A stretch of DNA of 64,000 nucleotides, from positions 124,001 to 188,000 of the forward strand of contig JACPUC010000019.1 of assembly GCA_016192455.1 (NCBI GenBank), read 5' to 3'. Below are positions 40,499-51,307 of this stretch, one piece after another (the stretch's first letter is position 1; every line of letters begins with the position of its first letter). The position numbers and the translations under genes are program-made. The notes under the pieces are model-generated. The model was not told the origin of the DNA. It did no database searches and saw nothing but the letters and a program-made list of their open reading frames with translations. Origin of the DNA: Candidatus Tectimicrobiota bacterium (GTDB taxonomy: Bacteria; JACPUC01).

Positions 40499-43156
40499 TC
40501 AGCTCGGAGGCTCAAGCAGGCGCCGCAGCTCTTCGAGCAGGTTGAGCGCCTGCAGGGGAGTCAGGTGCTCGATGCTCAAGTCGCGCAGCCGCTGCAGCGC
40601 CGGGTGCTCCGGCTGGCCCGCGAAGAGACGCATCTGGTTCCCGATGCCCGCCGCGCCGCGCTGCGCAGCCCCGCGCGAGGCAAGGCGCTCGGCCTCGCCC
40701 CAGGCCTGGCGCTCGAGCTCCCCCAGACGCTCCTTGGCGCGCTCCACCACCCCTCGCGGCAACCCGGCCAGGCGGCCCACCTGGATACCATAGCTGCGAT
40801 CGGCGCCGCCGTCGAGGATTTTGTACAGGAAGATGATCTCGTCCCTCCACTCGCGCACCGCCACGTGGGCGTTCTGGATGCGCTCGTAGAGCGCCGCCAG
40901 CTCGGTGAGCTCGAAGTAGTGGGTGGCGAAGAGGGTCTTGCAGCGCAGGTGCGGCGCCTCGTGGAGGTGCTCGGCAACGCTCCAGGCGATGCTCACCCCG
41001 TCAAAGGTGCTCGTTCCCCGGCCGATCTCGTCGAGGATCACGAAACTGCGCGGCGTGGCGTTGTTCAGGATATTCGCCGTCTCCTGCATCTCGAGCATGA
41101 AGGTGCTTTGGCCGCGCACCAGGTTATCCTGCGCCCCGACGCGCGTGAAGATGCGGTCCACGAGGCAGATTTCCGCCTCCTCGGCGGGCACGAAGCTGCC
41201 CATGTGGGCCATCAGGACGATGAGGGCCACCTGCCGGATGTAGGTGGATTTGCCGGCCATGTTGGGACCGGTGAGGATGATGAGCTGGCGCTCCTCCTGG
41301 TCCAGGTGGCAGTCGTTCGGCACAAAGCGATCGAACCCCTGGAGCTGCTCGAGAACCGGATGCCGACCGCCCACGATGCGCAGCGCGCTCCCCTCGGTGA
41401 TGGTGGGTGCCACGTAGCGGTTGCGGTGTGCCACCTCGGCGAGGCTGCAGAGGACGTCGAGAGTGGCGATCGTCGCGGCGGCCTGCTGGATGCGCGCTCC
41501 CTGCCGGGCGACGCGCTGCAGCAGCGCCGCGAAGAGGTGGTGCTCGAGCTCGTTGGCGTGCTCCTGCGCGGTCAGAACCTTCTCCTCGTACTCCTTCAGC
41601 TCCGGCGTGACGTAACGTTCCGCGTTCACCAACGTCTGCTTGCGCTGGTAGTCCGCCGGCACGCGGTGCTGCTGCGCCTTCGTCACCTCCAGGTAGTAGC
41701 CGAACACCTTCGTGAAGCCGACACGCAGGGTGGGGATGCCGGTGCGCTGGCGCTCGCGCTGCTCGAGTTCCGCGATCCAGGTGCGATTGCTGCTGCCGAT
41801 GGTTCGCAGCTCATCGAGCTCGGCGTGGTACCCCGGCTTGATGAGGCCCCCCTCGCGCACCACGGCGGGGGGATCGTCGACGAGGGCGCGTTCGATCTCC
41901 TCGGCCTCCTCCGCGACGTTGTCCCAGCGCGCCGCCATCTCCGTGGCGAGCGCCGCCCGCAGGCCGCGCACGCAGGTCTCCAGGCTGGGCAGGGCGCGCA
42001 GGCCGCGTTGCACCGCCAGGAGGTCGCGCGGCGCCGCGGTCCCCAGGATGATGCGCGAGATGCTGCGTTCCAGGTCGGCGATCGGCTTCAGGTGCGTCCG
42101 CAGGTGCTCCCGGGCGCTGAGGTCCTCGACAAGCTCGCCAACCGCCGCGAGGCGTTGCCGGATGGCGGCGGCGTCGGCCAGCGGCTGCAGAATCCAGTGG
42201 CGCAGGAGGCGGGCGCCCATGGGCGTGAGGGTGGCGTCGAGGACGCCGAGGAGGCTGCCGCGCCGGCTCCCCTCGGACCACGACTGCACCAGCTCGAGGT
42301 TGCGCTGCGTGGCGGCGTCGAGGTAGAGGCAGTCCTCGGGCCGCTGGCGTCTGAGATGGCGCAGGTTGGCCAGGCTGCTCTTTTGCGTGTCCTGGAGGAA
42401 GAGGAGAAGGGCGCCGGCGGCGCCGATGCCGGCATCCGCGTCGGCGCAGCCGAAGCCTTCCAGGGAGGCGATCCTGAAGTGCTCGCACAGCAGGCGCTCG
42501 GCGCGCGCCCGCTGGAAGTGCCAGCTCGGCCGCTCGGTGCGCACGAGGTCGAGCTCGCGGCAGAGAACCGCCGCGACGGCGTTTCCCGCCGCCTCCCCCA
42601 GCCGTTCCCCGCCGGCATCCTTCGGGCAGAGGAGCTCGCGCGCCCCGAGGCGCACCAGCTCGTCGCGCAGGCGTCCGGCGCGGTCGGCGCCATGCAGCTC
42701 CGTGAGGAAGAAGGCGCCGGTCGAGAGATCGGCCGCGGCCAGGCCGAAGCAGTCCGTTCTCGGCGCCAGGCTTGCGAGGTAGTTGTTCGCGTCCTGCCGC
42801 AGCACCTCCGGGCTCGTCGCCGTGCCGGGGGTGACGACGCGCACCACGTCGCGGCGCACCAGACCCTTCGCCGTGCGCGGGTCCTCCACCTGCTCGCAGA
42901 TCGCCACGCTGCGCCCCGCCGTCACCAGCTTCGCGAGGTACCCCTCGACGGCATGGTAGGGCACGCCGCACATCGGGATGCGCTCGTTTTCCCCCTTCTG
43001 TCGCGAAGTCAGGGCGATGTCGAGGAGCGGCGCTGCTACCTCGGCGTCCTCGTAGAACATCTCATAGAAATCACCCATCCTGAAGAAGAGGATGCACTGG
43101 GGATGGCGCTCCTTCATCTCTTGGAACTGCCGCATCATCGGCGTGGGCTCGGACAT
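40499..43156 (-). CDS. mutS: DNA mismatch repair protein MutS
   Basis: [51 protein letters not shown]. Confidence 0.98.
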   Translation of the reverse strand: MSEPTPMMRQFQEMKERHPQCILFFRMGDFYEMFYEDAEVAAPLLDIALTSRQKGENERIPMCGVPYHAVEGYLAKLVTAGRSVAICEQVEDPRTAKGLVRRDVVRVVTPGTATSPEVLRQDANNYLASLAPRTDCFGLAAADLSTGAFFLTELHGADRAGRLRDELVRLGARELLCPKDAGGERLGEAAGNAVAAVLCRELDLVRTERPSWHFQRARAERLLCEHFRIASLEGFGCADADAGIGAAGALLLFLQDTQKSSLANLRHLRRQRPEDCLYLDAATQRNLELVQSWSEGSRRGSLLGVLDATLTPMGARLLRHWILQPLADAAAIRQRLAAVGELVEDLSAREHLRTHLKPIADLERSISRIILGTAAPRDLLAVQRGLRALPSLETCVRGLRAALATEMAARWDNVAEEAEEIERALVDDPPAVVREGGLIKPGYHAELDELRTIGSSNRTWIAELEQRERQRTGIPTLRVGFTKVFGYYLEVTKAQQHRVPADYQRKQTLVNAERYVTPELKEYEEKVLTAQEHANELEHHLFAALLQRVARQGARIQQAAATIATLDVLCSLAEVAHRNRYVAPTITEGSALRIVGGRHPVLEQLQGFDRFVPNDCHLDQEERQLIILTGPNMAGKSTYIRQVALIVLMAHMGSFVPAEEAEICLVDRIFTRVGAQDNLVRGQSTFMLEMQETANILNNATPRSFVILDEIGRGTSTFDGVSIAWSVAEHLHEAPHLRCKTLFATHYFELTELAALYERIQNAHVAVREWRDEIIFLYKILDGGADRSYGIQVGRLAGLPRGVVERAKERLGELERQAWGEAERLASRGAAQRGAAGIGNQMRLFAGQPEHPALQRLRDLSIEHLTPLQALNLLEELRRLLEPPS

Positions 43157-43223
43157 GCCCGTTCCTCCGGCGCGCTCTGCGCGGCCGCATCCTCCTCTCT
43201 TCCTGGCGGGCGCTGCGGCGACG

Positions 43224-44366
43224 TTACGGGTGCGGCGCGGGGCCTGGGAGGGACGCGCGGCTGTTCAGCAGAGGCTGGGGAATGCGCACCACCGACTCGC
43301 GCCGGAAGGCGAAGCTTACCTCCGCGCCGATGGCGAGGTCCAGCTCCCGCACCGCCTGCGCCGGCAGCTCGACCGCGAAGCGCACCCCGTCCCCCAGCTC
43401 GCGCAGCTCCAGGGTGGCGAAGGGTCCCTTCTGGATGATCGTGCCCACGCTGCCGCGATAGGCGTTCTCCCGCAGCGAGGCATGGATCGGCTGCCGCGGT
43501 CGCAGCACCTTGATCTCTTCAGGGCGAATGCTCACCTGCAGCTTCTGGCCGACGCCGCACGGCTCGTCCACCCAGGTCACGACGCGCAGCTCTGTCCCTT
43601 CGAGGACAAGGTCGGCGGTGCCCCGCTCCTGCCGCCGCACCTCCGCCAGGAAGATGTTCTTCGCCCCGAACGCCCGGGCCACCACGCGCGAGCGCGGCCG
43701 GTAGAAGACCTCCTCGCGATTGCCGATCTGCTCCACCTGCCCCTCGTGGAGGACGAGGATCTTCTCCCCCAGCATCAAGGCATCCTCGATATCGTGGGTG
43801 ACGAGCACGATGGTCATGCCGTAGCGCTGGTGGATCACCTGGAGATCGGCGCGCAGCCGCTCGCGACGCGGGTAATCGAGGGCGGCAAACGGCTCGTCCA
43901 GGAGGAGGACGAGGGGCTCGACCATCATCGCCCTGGCGATCGCCACGCGCTGCCGCTGACCGCCGGAGATTTGGTGCGGGTAGTGCTCGCTCAGGCCGCG
44001 CAGGCGCAAGGTCTGCAGGATCGCCTCGACGCGCGGCTTCGCCGCGGAGCGCTGCCGCCGCGGGATGCCGTAGGCGGCGTTTTCGAAGACCGTCATATGG
44101 GGGAAGAGGGCGTAGTCCTGGATGACGTAGCCGACGCGCCGCCGGTTGATGGGCAGGTTGATCTTCGCCTGGCTGTCGAAATAGACCACCTCGTCAACGC
44201 GGATGCGCCCGGCATCGGGGCGTAAAAGCCCGGCGATGCACTGCAAGGTGAGGGACTTGCCGGCCCCGGAGGAGCCAAAAAGGACCAGGAGCTCGCGCTG
44301 CGTCGTCACTTCCACATCGAGGCGGAAGTTCCCCAGCCGGGTATGGAGCGCCAGCTCAAGGGCCAT
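43224..44366 (-). CDS. ABC transporter ATP-binding protein, ModC/WtpC-like (oxyanion) with TOBE domain
   Basis: [36 protein letters not shown]; ModC-like N-terminus and OB-type tail. Confidence 0.85.
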   Translation of the reverse strand: MALELALHTRLGNFRLDVEVTTQRELLVLFGSSGAGKSLTLQCIAGLLRPDAGRIRVDEVVYFDSQAKINLPINRRRVGYVIQDYALFPHMTVFENAAYGIPRRQRSAAKPRVEAILQTLRLRGLSEHYPHQISGGQRQRVAIARAMMVEPLVLLLDEPFAALDYPRRERLRADLQVIHQRYGMTIVLVTHDIEDALMLGEKILVLHEGQVEQIGNREEVFYRPRSRVVARAFGAKNIFLAEVRRQERGTADLVLEGTELRVVTWVDEPCGVGQKLQVSIRPEEIKVLRPRQPIHASLRENAYRGSVGTIIQKGPFATLELRELGDGVRFAVELPAQAVRELDLAIGAEVSFAFRRESVVRIPQPLLNSRASLPGPAPHP

Positions 44367-44502
44367 GCAGGTCTCCCACCTTGGGGGCGGCGCGTCAATT
44401 CACGCCTACCGCCGTTGACGCCGCCGTATGAGCCTCGCCATCGAGGTGGGCGAGGAAAGGCAGAAATGCCGGCGGCGGCGGCGTGACGGCGGGGAGAGGG
44501 TC

Positions 44503-46596
44503 TTACTTGCCGCGGTGCAGCGTGCGTATGAAGGCCACCACGTCCCAGATCTGCGCGTCGTTGAGCGACCCTCCCCAGCCCGGCATCAGGGGCGACTTGC
44601 CCACCGACGCTCCGCCCCCCTTCACCACCTTGAAGAGGTCCTCGTCGCTGCGCTGCGACATGGTGGCATTATCCGCGTGGTTGGCCGGCTTCGGGTTCAG
44701 CGCCGCGGCCGCCGCGCCGTCACCCTTGCCGCCCGCGCCGTGGCAGCTCGCGCAGTACGTCTGGTAAGAGACGCGGCCCTTCTCGGCGTCGCCGCCACTC
44801 GCCGGCGCGGCGGGCGCGGCTGCTGCCGGGGAGACCGCCGCCCGGATTGCCCCAGCCTGGGCAGCCGCGACCTCGGGAGCTGGAGGAGCCGCAGCCTGAA
44901 GAGCTGGAGGAGCCGCCGTCACTGCGACAGCCTTCTGCGCCTCGGCCGCCGCGGCGGCTGGCGCGGGGCTCGGCGGGGCGGCGCCCGTGGGAGCCGCGGC
45001 TTTGGCCGCCTGGCCGCCGTGCAGCGTGCGCATGAAAGCCACCACGTCCCAGATCTGCGCGTCGTTCAGCGACCCTCCCCAGCCCGGCATCAGGGGTGAC
45101 TTGCCCACCGACGCTCCGCCCCCCTTCACCACCTTGAAAAGGTCCTCGTCGCTGCGCTGCGACATGGTGGCATTATCCGCGTGGTTGGCCGGCTTCGGGT
45201 TCAGCGCCGCGGCCGCCGCGCCGTCCCCCTTGCCGCCCGCGCCGTGGCAGCTCGCACAGTACGTCTGGTAAGAGACACGGCCCTTCTCGGCGTCGCCGCG
45301 ACTCGCCGGCGTTGCGGGTGCTGCCGCGGCCTGGGGAGCTGGCGGAGCCGCGGGAGCCGCGGCGGATTGGGCCGCCGCCGGCGCGGCGGCGCCCGTGGGA
45401 GCCGCGGCTTTGGCCGCCTGCCCGCCGTGCAGCGTGCGCATGAAGGCGACGACGTCGCGAATCTGCTGATCGTTCAGGCTCGCCCCCCAGCCCGGCATCA
45501 GGGGCGATTTACCCACCGCCGGACCACCCCCCTTCACCACCTTGAAGAGGTCCTCGTCGCTGCGCTGCGACATGGTGGCATTATCCGCGTGGTTGGCCGG
45601 CTTTGGGTTCAGCGCCGCGGCCGCCGCGCCGTCACCCTTGCCGCTGACGCCGTGGCAGCTCGCGCAGTACGTCTGGTAGTGCTGCCCCCCCTTGATGGGG
45701 TCGGCTCCCGCGGCTCCCGCGGCTGTGGGGGCCGCCGCCGCGGCGATCTGCTGCGGCTTCTCACGCGGGATCGTGAATTTCGGCAGCTTGAACTCCTCGT
45801 CGCGCAGACTCAGGAGATAGGTGACGAGCTGGCGCGCTTGCTCGTTCGTGAAACCGAAGGCGGGCATCACCGAGTTCGGATCGTTCGCTTTCGGCTGCAA
45901 GAGGGACTCCAGCAGGTAGCCGAAGCGCACATGTTTGAACTGCTCGGTCACGCCCCCGGCGTTGTAAAACTTTGTTCCCGCCTCGGTGAGCTCCGGACCG
46001 ATCTTGCCACCCCGATCCCCGACGGTATGGCAGCCCAGGCAGCCCTTCTCCTGGAAGAGCTTGGCGCCCGCCATGATCGTGGGAGCTTCTTTCAGGGTCT
46101 CCGCCTCATGGCACCGTCCACAGGAGGACTCGACGTACTCGATGGGCAGCATCGGCCATTCCCAACCCAGCCGCTTGATCTCACGCTCCGTGACGGCGTC
46201 GTTCAGCTTCTCCATGAAATGGGCGTCGAGCCTTGTCGTCGCCCGACCCTGCCCTTGATGACAGACGGTGCAGCCGAACTGGCTGAAACGGTGGCGGTCG
46301 GCGTTCTTGTGGGTGGTGAATGGCTGGGGGGCGTCTTTAAAGCTTGTGTTCTCCACTCCCAGATGACATGTCATACAGCGATCAGCCACATTCCACTCCG
46401 GAATCCAGACCTGCTGCACGAGGAGCGGTTGATTCATGATGGAAGCGCGCGTTGCGTCATCCTGGTTCACGTTCAGCAGGCGCTGGTTGTACTCACGCTG
46501 GTACTTCTTCCACTCCGGGTCGAAGTCGCGCATCACGGTGAGGCCGAGGAGGATGAGCATGACCAGGTTCAGGATGGCAAACAGCCGCATCATCAT
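44503..46596 (-). CDS. Membrane-anchored multiheme cytochrome c (7 CxxCH) of the Rieske/cytb cluster
   Basis: N-terminal TM; CMTCH, CTVCH, CGRCH, CLGCH and three CASCH; Ala/Pro linkers. Confidence 0.92.
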   Translation of the reverse strand: MMMRLFAILNLVMLILLGLTVMRDFDPEWKKYQREYNQRLLNVNQDDATRASIMNQPLLVQQVWIPEWNVADRCMTCHLGVENTSFKDAPQPFTTHKNADRHRFSQFGCTVCHQGQGRATTRLDAHFMEKLNDAVTEREIKRLGWEWPMLPIEYVESSCGRCHEAETLKEAPTIMAGAKLFQEKGCLGCHTVGDRGGKIGPELTEAGTKFYNAGGVTEQFKHVRFGYLLESLLQPKANDPNSVMPAFGFTNEQARQLVTYLLSLRDEEFKLPKFTIPREKPQQIAAAAAPTAAGAAGADPIKGGQHYQTYCASCHGVSGKGDGAAAAALNPKPANHADNATMSQRSDEDLFKVVKGGGPAVGKSPLMPGWGASLNDQQIRDVVAFMRTLHGGQAAKAAAPTGAAAPAAAQSAAAPAAPPAPQAAAAPATPASRGDAEKGRVSYQTYCASCHGAGGKGDGAAAAALNPKPANHADNATMSQRSDEDLFKVVKGGGASVGKSPLMPGWGGSLNDAQIWDVVAFMRTLHGGQAAKAAAPTGAAPPSPAPAAAAAEAQKAVAVTAAPPALQAAAPPAPEVAAAQAGAIRAAVSPAAAAPAAPASGGDAEKGRVSYQTYCASCHGAGGKGDGAAAAALNPKPANHADNATMSQRSDEDLFKVVKGGGASVGKSPLMPGWGGSLNDAQIWDVVAFIRTLHRGK
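44515..45679 (-). repeat. Three near-identical class I cytochrome c domain repeats (~44515-44796, ~45019-45299, ~45427-45679)
   Basis: YQTYCASCHG..GKGDGAAAAALNPKPANHADNATMSQRSDEDLFKVVKGGG...SPLMPGWG repeated with DNA-level identity apart from scattered substitutions. Confidence 0.95.
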
Positions 46597-46949
46597 GGCG
46601 CTACGACCTTTCGAAAAGCTGGCGGTCCTCAGGCAAGCGTCGATCGAGACAATCGTCAGCGTGGCATCTCTCGCGCCCCCGGCTCGCTCCCGTGGGGTGG
46701 GCGCCCCCTCCCACGCCGGCATCCAGGGGGGATCGGCGCGTGACGGCGGTCTTCGCAGCGCCGGAGCGCCCTCGGGCCCCTCCGCCAGCCCATGGGGAAA
46801 CTTCGGCAGGCGCCGCGGGCAGGCCAGTCGGCGGCCATCCCCCCAGCCGCGCCTGCCGACGCCCCTCGCAGGGCCGCCCCATCCTCATCCTCTTCCTGCC
46901 TGAGAGGCGCGCCCCGGGTGCTCGGCTCAGCCGTCAGCGGGCGGACCCG

Positions 46950-48089
46950 TCAGATGTTGAACCAGGGCGTCCGCAGCACGTACTTGATGTCGAAGAAGAG
47001 CCGCGCCACGACCTTCCCCCCAACGCCGAGCATCAAGAGCAGGAGGATCACGTCGATGGTGTAGCGGATGGGCCCCCGGCGTGTGTAGAACTTCGGCCAG
47101 GCCAGGGCCGGCACGATGAGACCCAGGACGAAGTAGCCAATCACCAGCGGCCAGCCGTAACGCGGATCGAGGTCGAAGACATCGGGGGGCGGCGGCTTGT
47201 GAACGTCGAAACTCTCCCAGGGCATGTAGAAGGCCCAACTCGGCCCGCGCATGTAGTTGCCGATAATGATGAGCACAAACCACATGACGATGCCGATGGT
47301 GAACACGGTCCAGGCAAAGGGGCGGTCCTTGACCGTGTAGTAGCCGGTGTTCTGCGGGTTACGGTCGAGGTAGGGGATGAGCATCAGGCCGACGATGATG
47401 ATCGTGGGCAACATGACCCCGGCAATCCAGGGATCGAAGTAGACCAGGAGCTCTTGCAGGCCCAGGAAGTACCAGGGCGCCTTGGAGGGGTTGGGGGTGC
47501 GGTTGGGGTTGGCGATTTCCTCCAGCGGCGATTGCCAGTAGAGGGAGACGATCCACAAGATGACGCCCAGGGCGAAGCAGCAGAGCACCTCGCGGAAGAC
47601 GAGGTTGGGCCACACCGTCTGCCACTCTTCCTCCTCTTTCGGTTTCTGGCGGGCGCGGATGGTGGCGGCATGCACGGGTCGGGCGCCGGCGCGGGCCGCG
47701 GTCTCGGCGGTGGCCTTGCCGCGCTCGTACTTCGGAGGCGCCTTCGCCGCCGCGGCCTTGGCGGCCGCGGCTCCATCGCCGGCCTGTTTCTTGGCGGCCG
47801 CGGCCTTCTTGGCGGCCGCGGCGTTCGCCGCCGCCGCCACCTTCGCGGCACGATCCTCCGCAGGAGCCGCCGCGGCGGCGGGAACCTCAGCGGCTGGCGG
47901 GGGCGCGGCAGCGGCGCCTTCGGCGGCCGAAGGCCGCGCCGCAGCGGCTGCCGGAGCCGCAGCAGGCGGTGCGCCGCCAGCCTGCCTGGCGCGCTGCTCT
48001 TTCAGGGCCTTCGCCGCCGCAATCTTCTCTTCTTTGGTGAGCGGCCGGGCCCCCGGAATCTTCCTTGCATCGGACTTCTCATCTGCCAT
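46950..48089 (-). CDS. Cytochrome b6f subunit IV-like (cytochrome b C-terminal part) with long Ala/Lys-rich N-terminal extension
   Basis: VWPNL, PLEEIANP..TPNPSKAPWYFLGLQELL, IPYLDRNP, RP motifs; several TM helices. Confidence 0.85.
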   Translation of the reverse strand: MADEKSDARKIPGARPLTKEEKIAAAKALKEQRARQAGGAPPAAAPAAAAARPSAAEGAAAAPPPAAEVPAAAAAPAEDRAAKVAAAANAAAAKKAAAAKKQAGDGAAAAKAAAAKAPPKYERGKATAETAARAGARPVHAATIRARQKPKEEEEWQTVWPNLVFREVLCCFALGVILWIVSLYWQSPLEEIANPNRTPNPSKAPWYFLGLQELLVYFDPWIAGVMLPTIIIVGLMLIPYLDRNPQNTGYYTVKDRPFAWTVFTIGIVMWFVLIIIGNYMRGPSWAFYMPWESFDVHKPPPPDVFDLDPRYGWPLVIGYFVLGLIVPALAWPKFYTRRGPIRYTIDVILLLLMLGVGGKVVARLFFDIKYVLRTPWFNI

Positions 48090-48182
48090 GCGCATCTCCG
48101 CGTGCGTTACCGCCTAGGAACGTCTCACGACCCTTCCCCCCACGGCTGCGGAACAGGATGCCGAACCCGGCCTCGTCCGCAC

Positions 48183-48950
48183 CTAGAGGTTGCCCGAAAA
48201 CCCATCCTTCCGAATACGCCAGAAGTGGATGGACAGGAAGACCACGAGGATCAGCGGAAACCCTACACAGTGCCAGACGTAGAAGCGCAGCAGGGCGCTT
48301 TGGCTGACGATGGTTCCCCCCAGGAGGACGAAGCGGGCGTCGTTGTTGATGGCCATTCCCAGCACATTCGCGAACGGCCCTTCGTGCCCCAGAAAGGGGG
48401 TGGCGCGGGCCATGTTCGTGCCCACCGTCACCGCCCACATCGAGAGCTGATCCCAGGGCAGCAGGTAGCCGCTGAAGCTGAGCAACAGGGTGAACACCAA
48501 GAGGATGACGCCGACCACCCAGTTGAACTCCCGCGGCGGCTTGTAGGAGCCGGTGTAGAAGACCCGCGCCATGTGGGCGATGACGGAGAGCACCATGGCA
48601 TGGGCCCCCCAGCGGTGCAGGTTGCGCAGGACGCTGCCGAACGGCACCACGAAGGTGAGGTCCTTCATATCATCGTAGGCGCGGCGGGAATCCGGCACGT
48701 AGTAGAACATCAGCAGCAGCCCCGTCACCGTCAGCACCAGGAAGAGGAAGAAGCTGATCCCTCCCATGCACCAGGTGAAGCGCACCTGGTAGGCGCGCTC
48801 CTTGATCTTCGTGGGGTGGAGGTGCAGGAAGACATTGGTGGAGACCGCCAGCATCTTGTTGCGGCGGGTATCCGGGTAGCCGTGCCGGAAGACCGAGCGC
48901 CAAATGAAGGATTCCGAGATGACGCGCTTCCAATCCTTCACCCGATTCAT
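48183..48950 (-). CDS. Cytochrome b6-like (cytochrome b N-terminal part)
   Basis: [23 protein letters not shown]...[27 protein letters not shown]14-H. Confidence 0.93.
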   Translation of the reverse strand: MNRVKDWKRVISESFIWRSVFRHGYPDTRRNKMLAVSTNVFLHLHPTKIKERAYQVRFTWCMGGISFFLFLVLTVTGLLLMFYYVPDSRRAYDDMKDLTFVVPFGSVLRNLHRWGAHAMVLSVIAHMARVFYTGSYKPPREFNWVVGVILLVFTLLLSFSGYLLPWDQLSMWAVTVGTNMARATPFLGHEGPFANVLGMAINNDARFVLLGGTIVSQSALLRFYVWHCVGFPLILVVFLSIHFWRIRKDGFSGNL

Positions 48951-49205
48951 GACTCTGTTCCTTATCACGGCGGCGGCAAGCGCCGGGCGCCGCCCCAGCC
49001 GCGCCTCACGTGGACCTTTTTCACTCCCACCCTCGGCGCACTCGCGAGCGCCGGCGGCACTTCACCGCGGCCGGGAAGCCGCGCGGCCCTCCTCCCACCC
49101 TCTGCCCCGGCCAGGGCCCCCGCCTCCTCCCGCGCCCGACCCGCGGACCGACCTAGCGCTCACTCCCACGCGCCCAGCCGCGGCAACCGAGATGTCGGCC
49201 ACCCC

Positions 49206-49712
49206 CTACACCTTGAGGACGAAAGGCGCCTCATCACGCTGCGGCGGCCGATTCGCGGTGATCGCCTTATCGACCTGAATCTTCCCGTCCGCGGCAAGGG
49301 TGATCTTGGCGCGGAAGAGCGGCTGCGGCGCCGGCCCGGCAATCACGTCCCCCTCGAGGGTGAAGTTGCTGCCGTGGCACGGGCACTGGAAGCGGTTGTT
49401 TTCGAGGAACCAGTTCGGCGTGCAACCCAGGTGGGTGCAGATGGCGATGAGGGAATAGATGCCCTTCTCGGTGTGGATCATCCACACCCGCTGCGCCTTC
49501 TTCAGGGACTCGTTCACTATTCCCTTGGGATAATCATCCGGGACACCGGCGCGGAATTTCTGCGACGGTTCGTAGAGGATCTTGGGGTAGAAAAAACGCG
49601 TCAGCACCGCCCCCAGGGCCAGCATGTAGGCGGTAAACGCTCCCCAGGCAATAGCCGAGAAGAACCCTCGGCGGCTGAGACGCTTTGTCCCGGTCAACAG
49701 GTCTTCGCTCAT
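49206..49712 (-). CDS. Rieske 2Fe-2S subunit with Tat-like signal
   Basis: SRRGFF, CTHLGC, CPCHGS, GPAPQPL. Confidence 0.94.
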   Translation of the reverse strand: MSEDLLTGTKRLSRRGFFSAIAWGAFTAYMLALGAVLTRFFYPKILYEPSQKFRAGVPDDYPKGIVNESLKKAQRVWMIHTEKGIYSLIAICTHLGCTPNWFLENNRFQCPCHGSNFTLEGDVIAGPAPQPLFRAKITLAADGKIQVDKAITANRPPQRDEAPFVLKV

Positions 49713-49945
49713 AGTGTTAGCTCTCCCGTGATGCGCGCGGTACGGGATTACGACGAGATGAGGAGTGCTGGGTGGAAGAGCAGGACAGCGTGTGCCAGGA
49801 TGCGAGGTGGTTCGGGCAGCACCCCGAGGGCACGCCCCTGGGGATGTCCCGGGAGCTAACACTCATCGTGGCAGGCCGCAATCGTGTACCTGAACCTCTC
49901 AATCAACCCACACCCAGGAACCTGCCCCTAAACCACAAGAGTGTG

Positions 49946-49975
49946 ATTTTGCTCTAGGAAGGCGCCGCTTGTCAA
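49946..49975 (-). promoter_or_regulatory. Putative promoter of the Rieske/cytb operon
   Basis: TTGACA-N18-CAAAAT. Confidence 0.4.
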
Positions 49976-50164
49976 CCAGGATGGGCGAGACCGCCGCAGC
50001 TCGCGGACATTTCTCGCTCTCCGGCGCGCCCACACCTCCGGCGCTGCACCAGCCGTGATCCTGCCGGAAGGGGGCGGAACGCGCCATCCTGCCAGCCAAT
50101 GCCTCGCGGCACGGCACCCTTGCGGTGGCCACGCCGCCCGGTTACCAGCCGCGCCTCGCTTGCG

Positions 50165-50872
50165 TCACCGGGAGGTCGCGGGAGCGCCTCCTTCCCGTGG
50201 CCTCTGCTCCCCTCCCTCCGGCGCCCCGTGGTTCCGCAGGTGGCAGGTATCGTTCAGACGCACCACCGAGATGAAGTCCCCCTGGAAGCGCAGGATGTTC
50301 ACCGCGGACGGCTCCTGCGCCAAGCGGCGATAGCTCGCGATGGGGATGCCCAGGGCCTTGCAGAGCACGGCCAGGTTCAGCATCTGGTGCCCCACCACCA
50401 CCACCTTGCCTTCGGAGTACTGCCGGATCACCCCCAGCAACGCCTCCCAGGCCCGCTCCTGCACCTCTTCCAGCGACTCCCCCCGGGGCAGCCGCATCCC
50501 CGCCGGGTTCTGGAACCAGCGCTCCAGGAAGTCGCCGTGGCTGGCGCGAATCTCATCCGGGCGCAGCCCCTCGAAGGCCCCGTGGTTCAGCTCCCTGAGC
50601 GCCTCGAGACGGACCACCTCGAGGTCGTGCGGCGCGGCGATGATCTCCGCCGTGCGCCAGGATCGCTGCAGGGTGCTCGCATACACCGCCCGCAACCTCT
50701 CGCGCGCCAGCGAGCGGGCCAGCGCGCGCGCCTGGGAACAGCCGACCTCGTCGAGTTCGATGTCGCTGAATCCCTGACACCTGCGAAGCTGGTTCCAAGC
50801 CGTTTGGCCGTGCCGAGCCAAGAGCAGATCAACCGCGGCGCCCTGGGACTGTGGAAACGATGCCCGAGTCAT
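50165..50872 (-). CDS. Histidine phosphatase family protein (phosphoglycerate mutase/CobC-like)
   Basis: ARHGQT, STLQRS, LRELNHGAFEG, GES, VVGH motifs. Confidence 0.9.
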   Translation of the reverse strand: MTRASFPQSQGAAVDLLLARHGQTAWNQLRRCQGFSDIELDEVGCSQARALARSLARERLRAVYASTLQRSWRTAEIIAAPHDLEVVRLEALRELNHGAFEGLRPDEIRASHGDFLERWFQNPAGMRLPRGESLEEVQERAWEALLGVIRQYSEGKVVVVGHQMLNLAVLCKALGIPIASYRRLAQEPSAVNILRFQGDFISVVRLNDTCHLRNHGAPEGGEQRPREGGAPATSR

Positions 50873-51127
50873 GCGTTGAATAGATAGTTCGGCCAACCGA
50901 GAATGTCAATTTCCGTCCGCCGCGGGAAAAGGCATGTTCCAGAAGCACGGGTCTCCTTGCCCCCGCATCCGGCTGCGGCAGCCCGCGCTCCTCCGGCCTG
51001 GTCTGGAAGCGATGCGGCGCACACTCCTTCGGCACTGCGGGAAGCCCTCGCCGAGCACCCAGCGGAGAGCCGCGCTCAATCTCGGAAGGGAGACGGAAAC
51101 GAGAGGGAACGAAGACGCCGGCGGAAA

Positions 51128-51203
51128 TGGTAGCCCCAAGGGGACTCGAACCCCTGTCTCCGCCGTGAGAGGGCGGCATCCTAGGCCGCTAGACGATGGG
51201 GCC
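51128..51203 (-). tRNA. tRNA-Glu (CTC)
   Basis: GGCCCCATCGTCTAGCGG...CCGCC-CTCTCAC-GGCGG...GGTTCGAGTCC...ACCA; 76 nt. Confidence 0.96.
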
Positions 51204-51307
51204 ACACACCCGCGCTGCACCGCAAAGCCCACGGCAGCTTTGTAGAAAACTTACTCTAGCGCGGGGCGCCGCGGATTGCAAGGAGACTTTCCGGGTCGAC
51301 CGTTCAG

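Noticed and set aside
44515-45679. Direct repeats as a CRISPR array or mobile element
   Set aside because: Units are ~250-280 nt, in frame and encode cytochrome c domains; no spacers or cas genes
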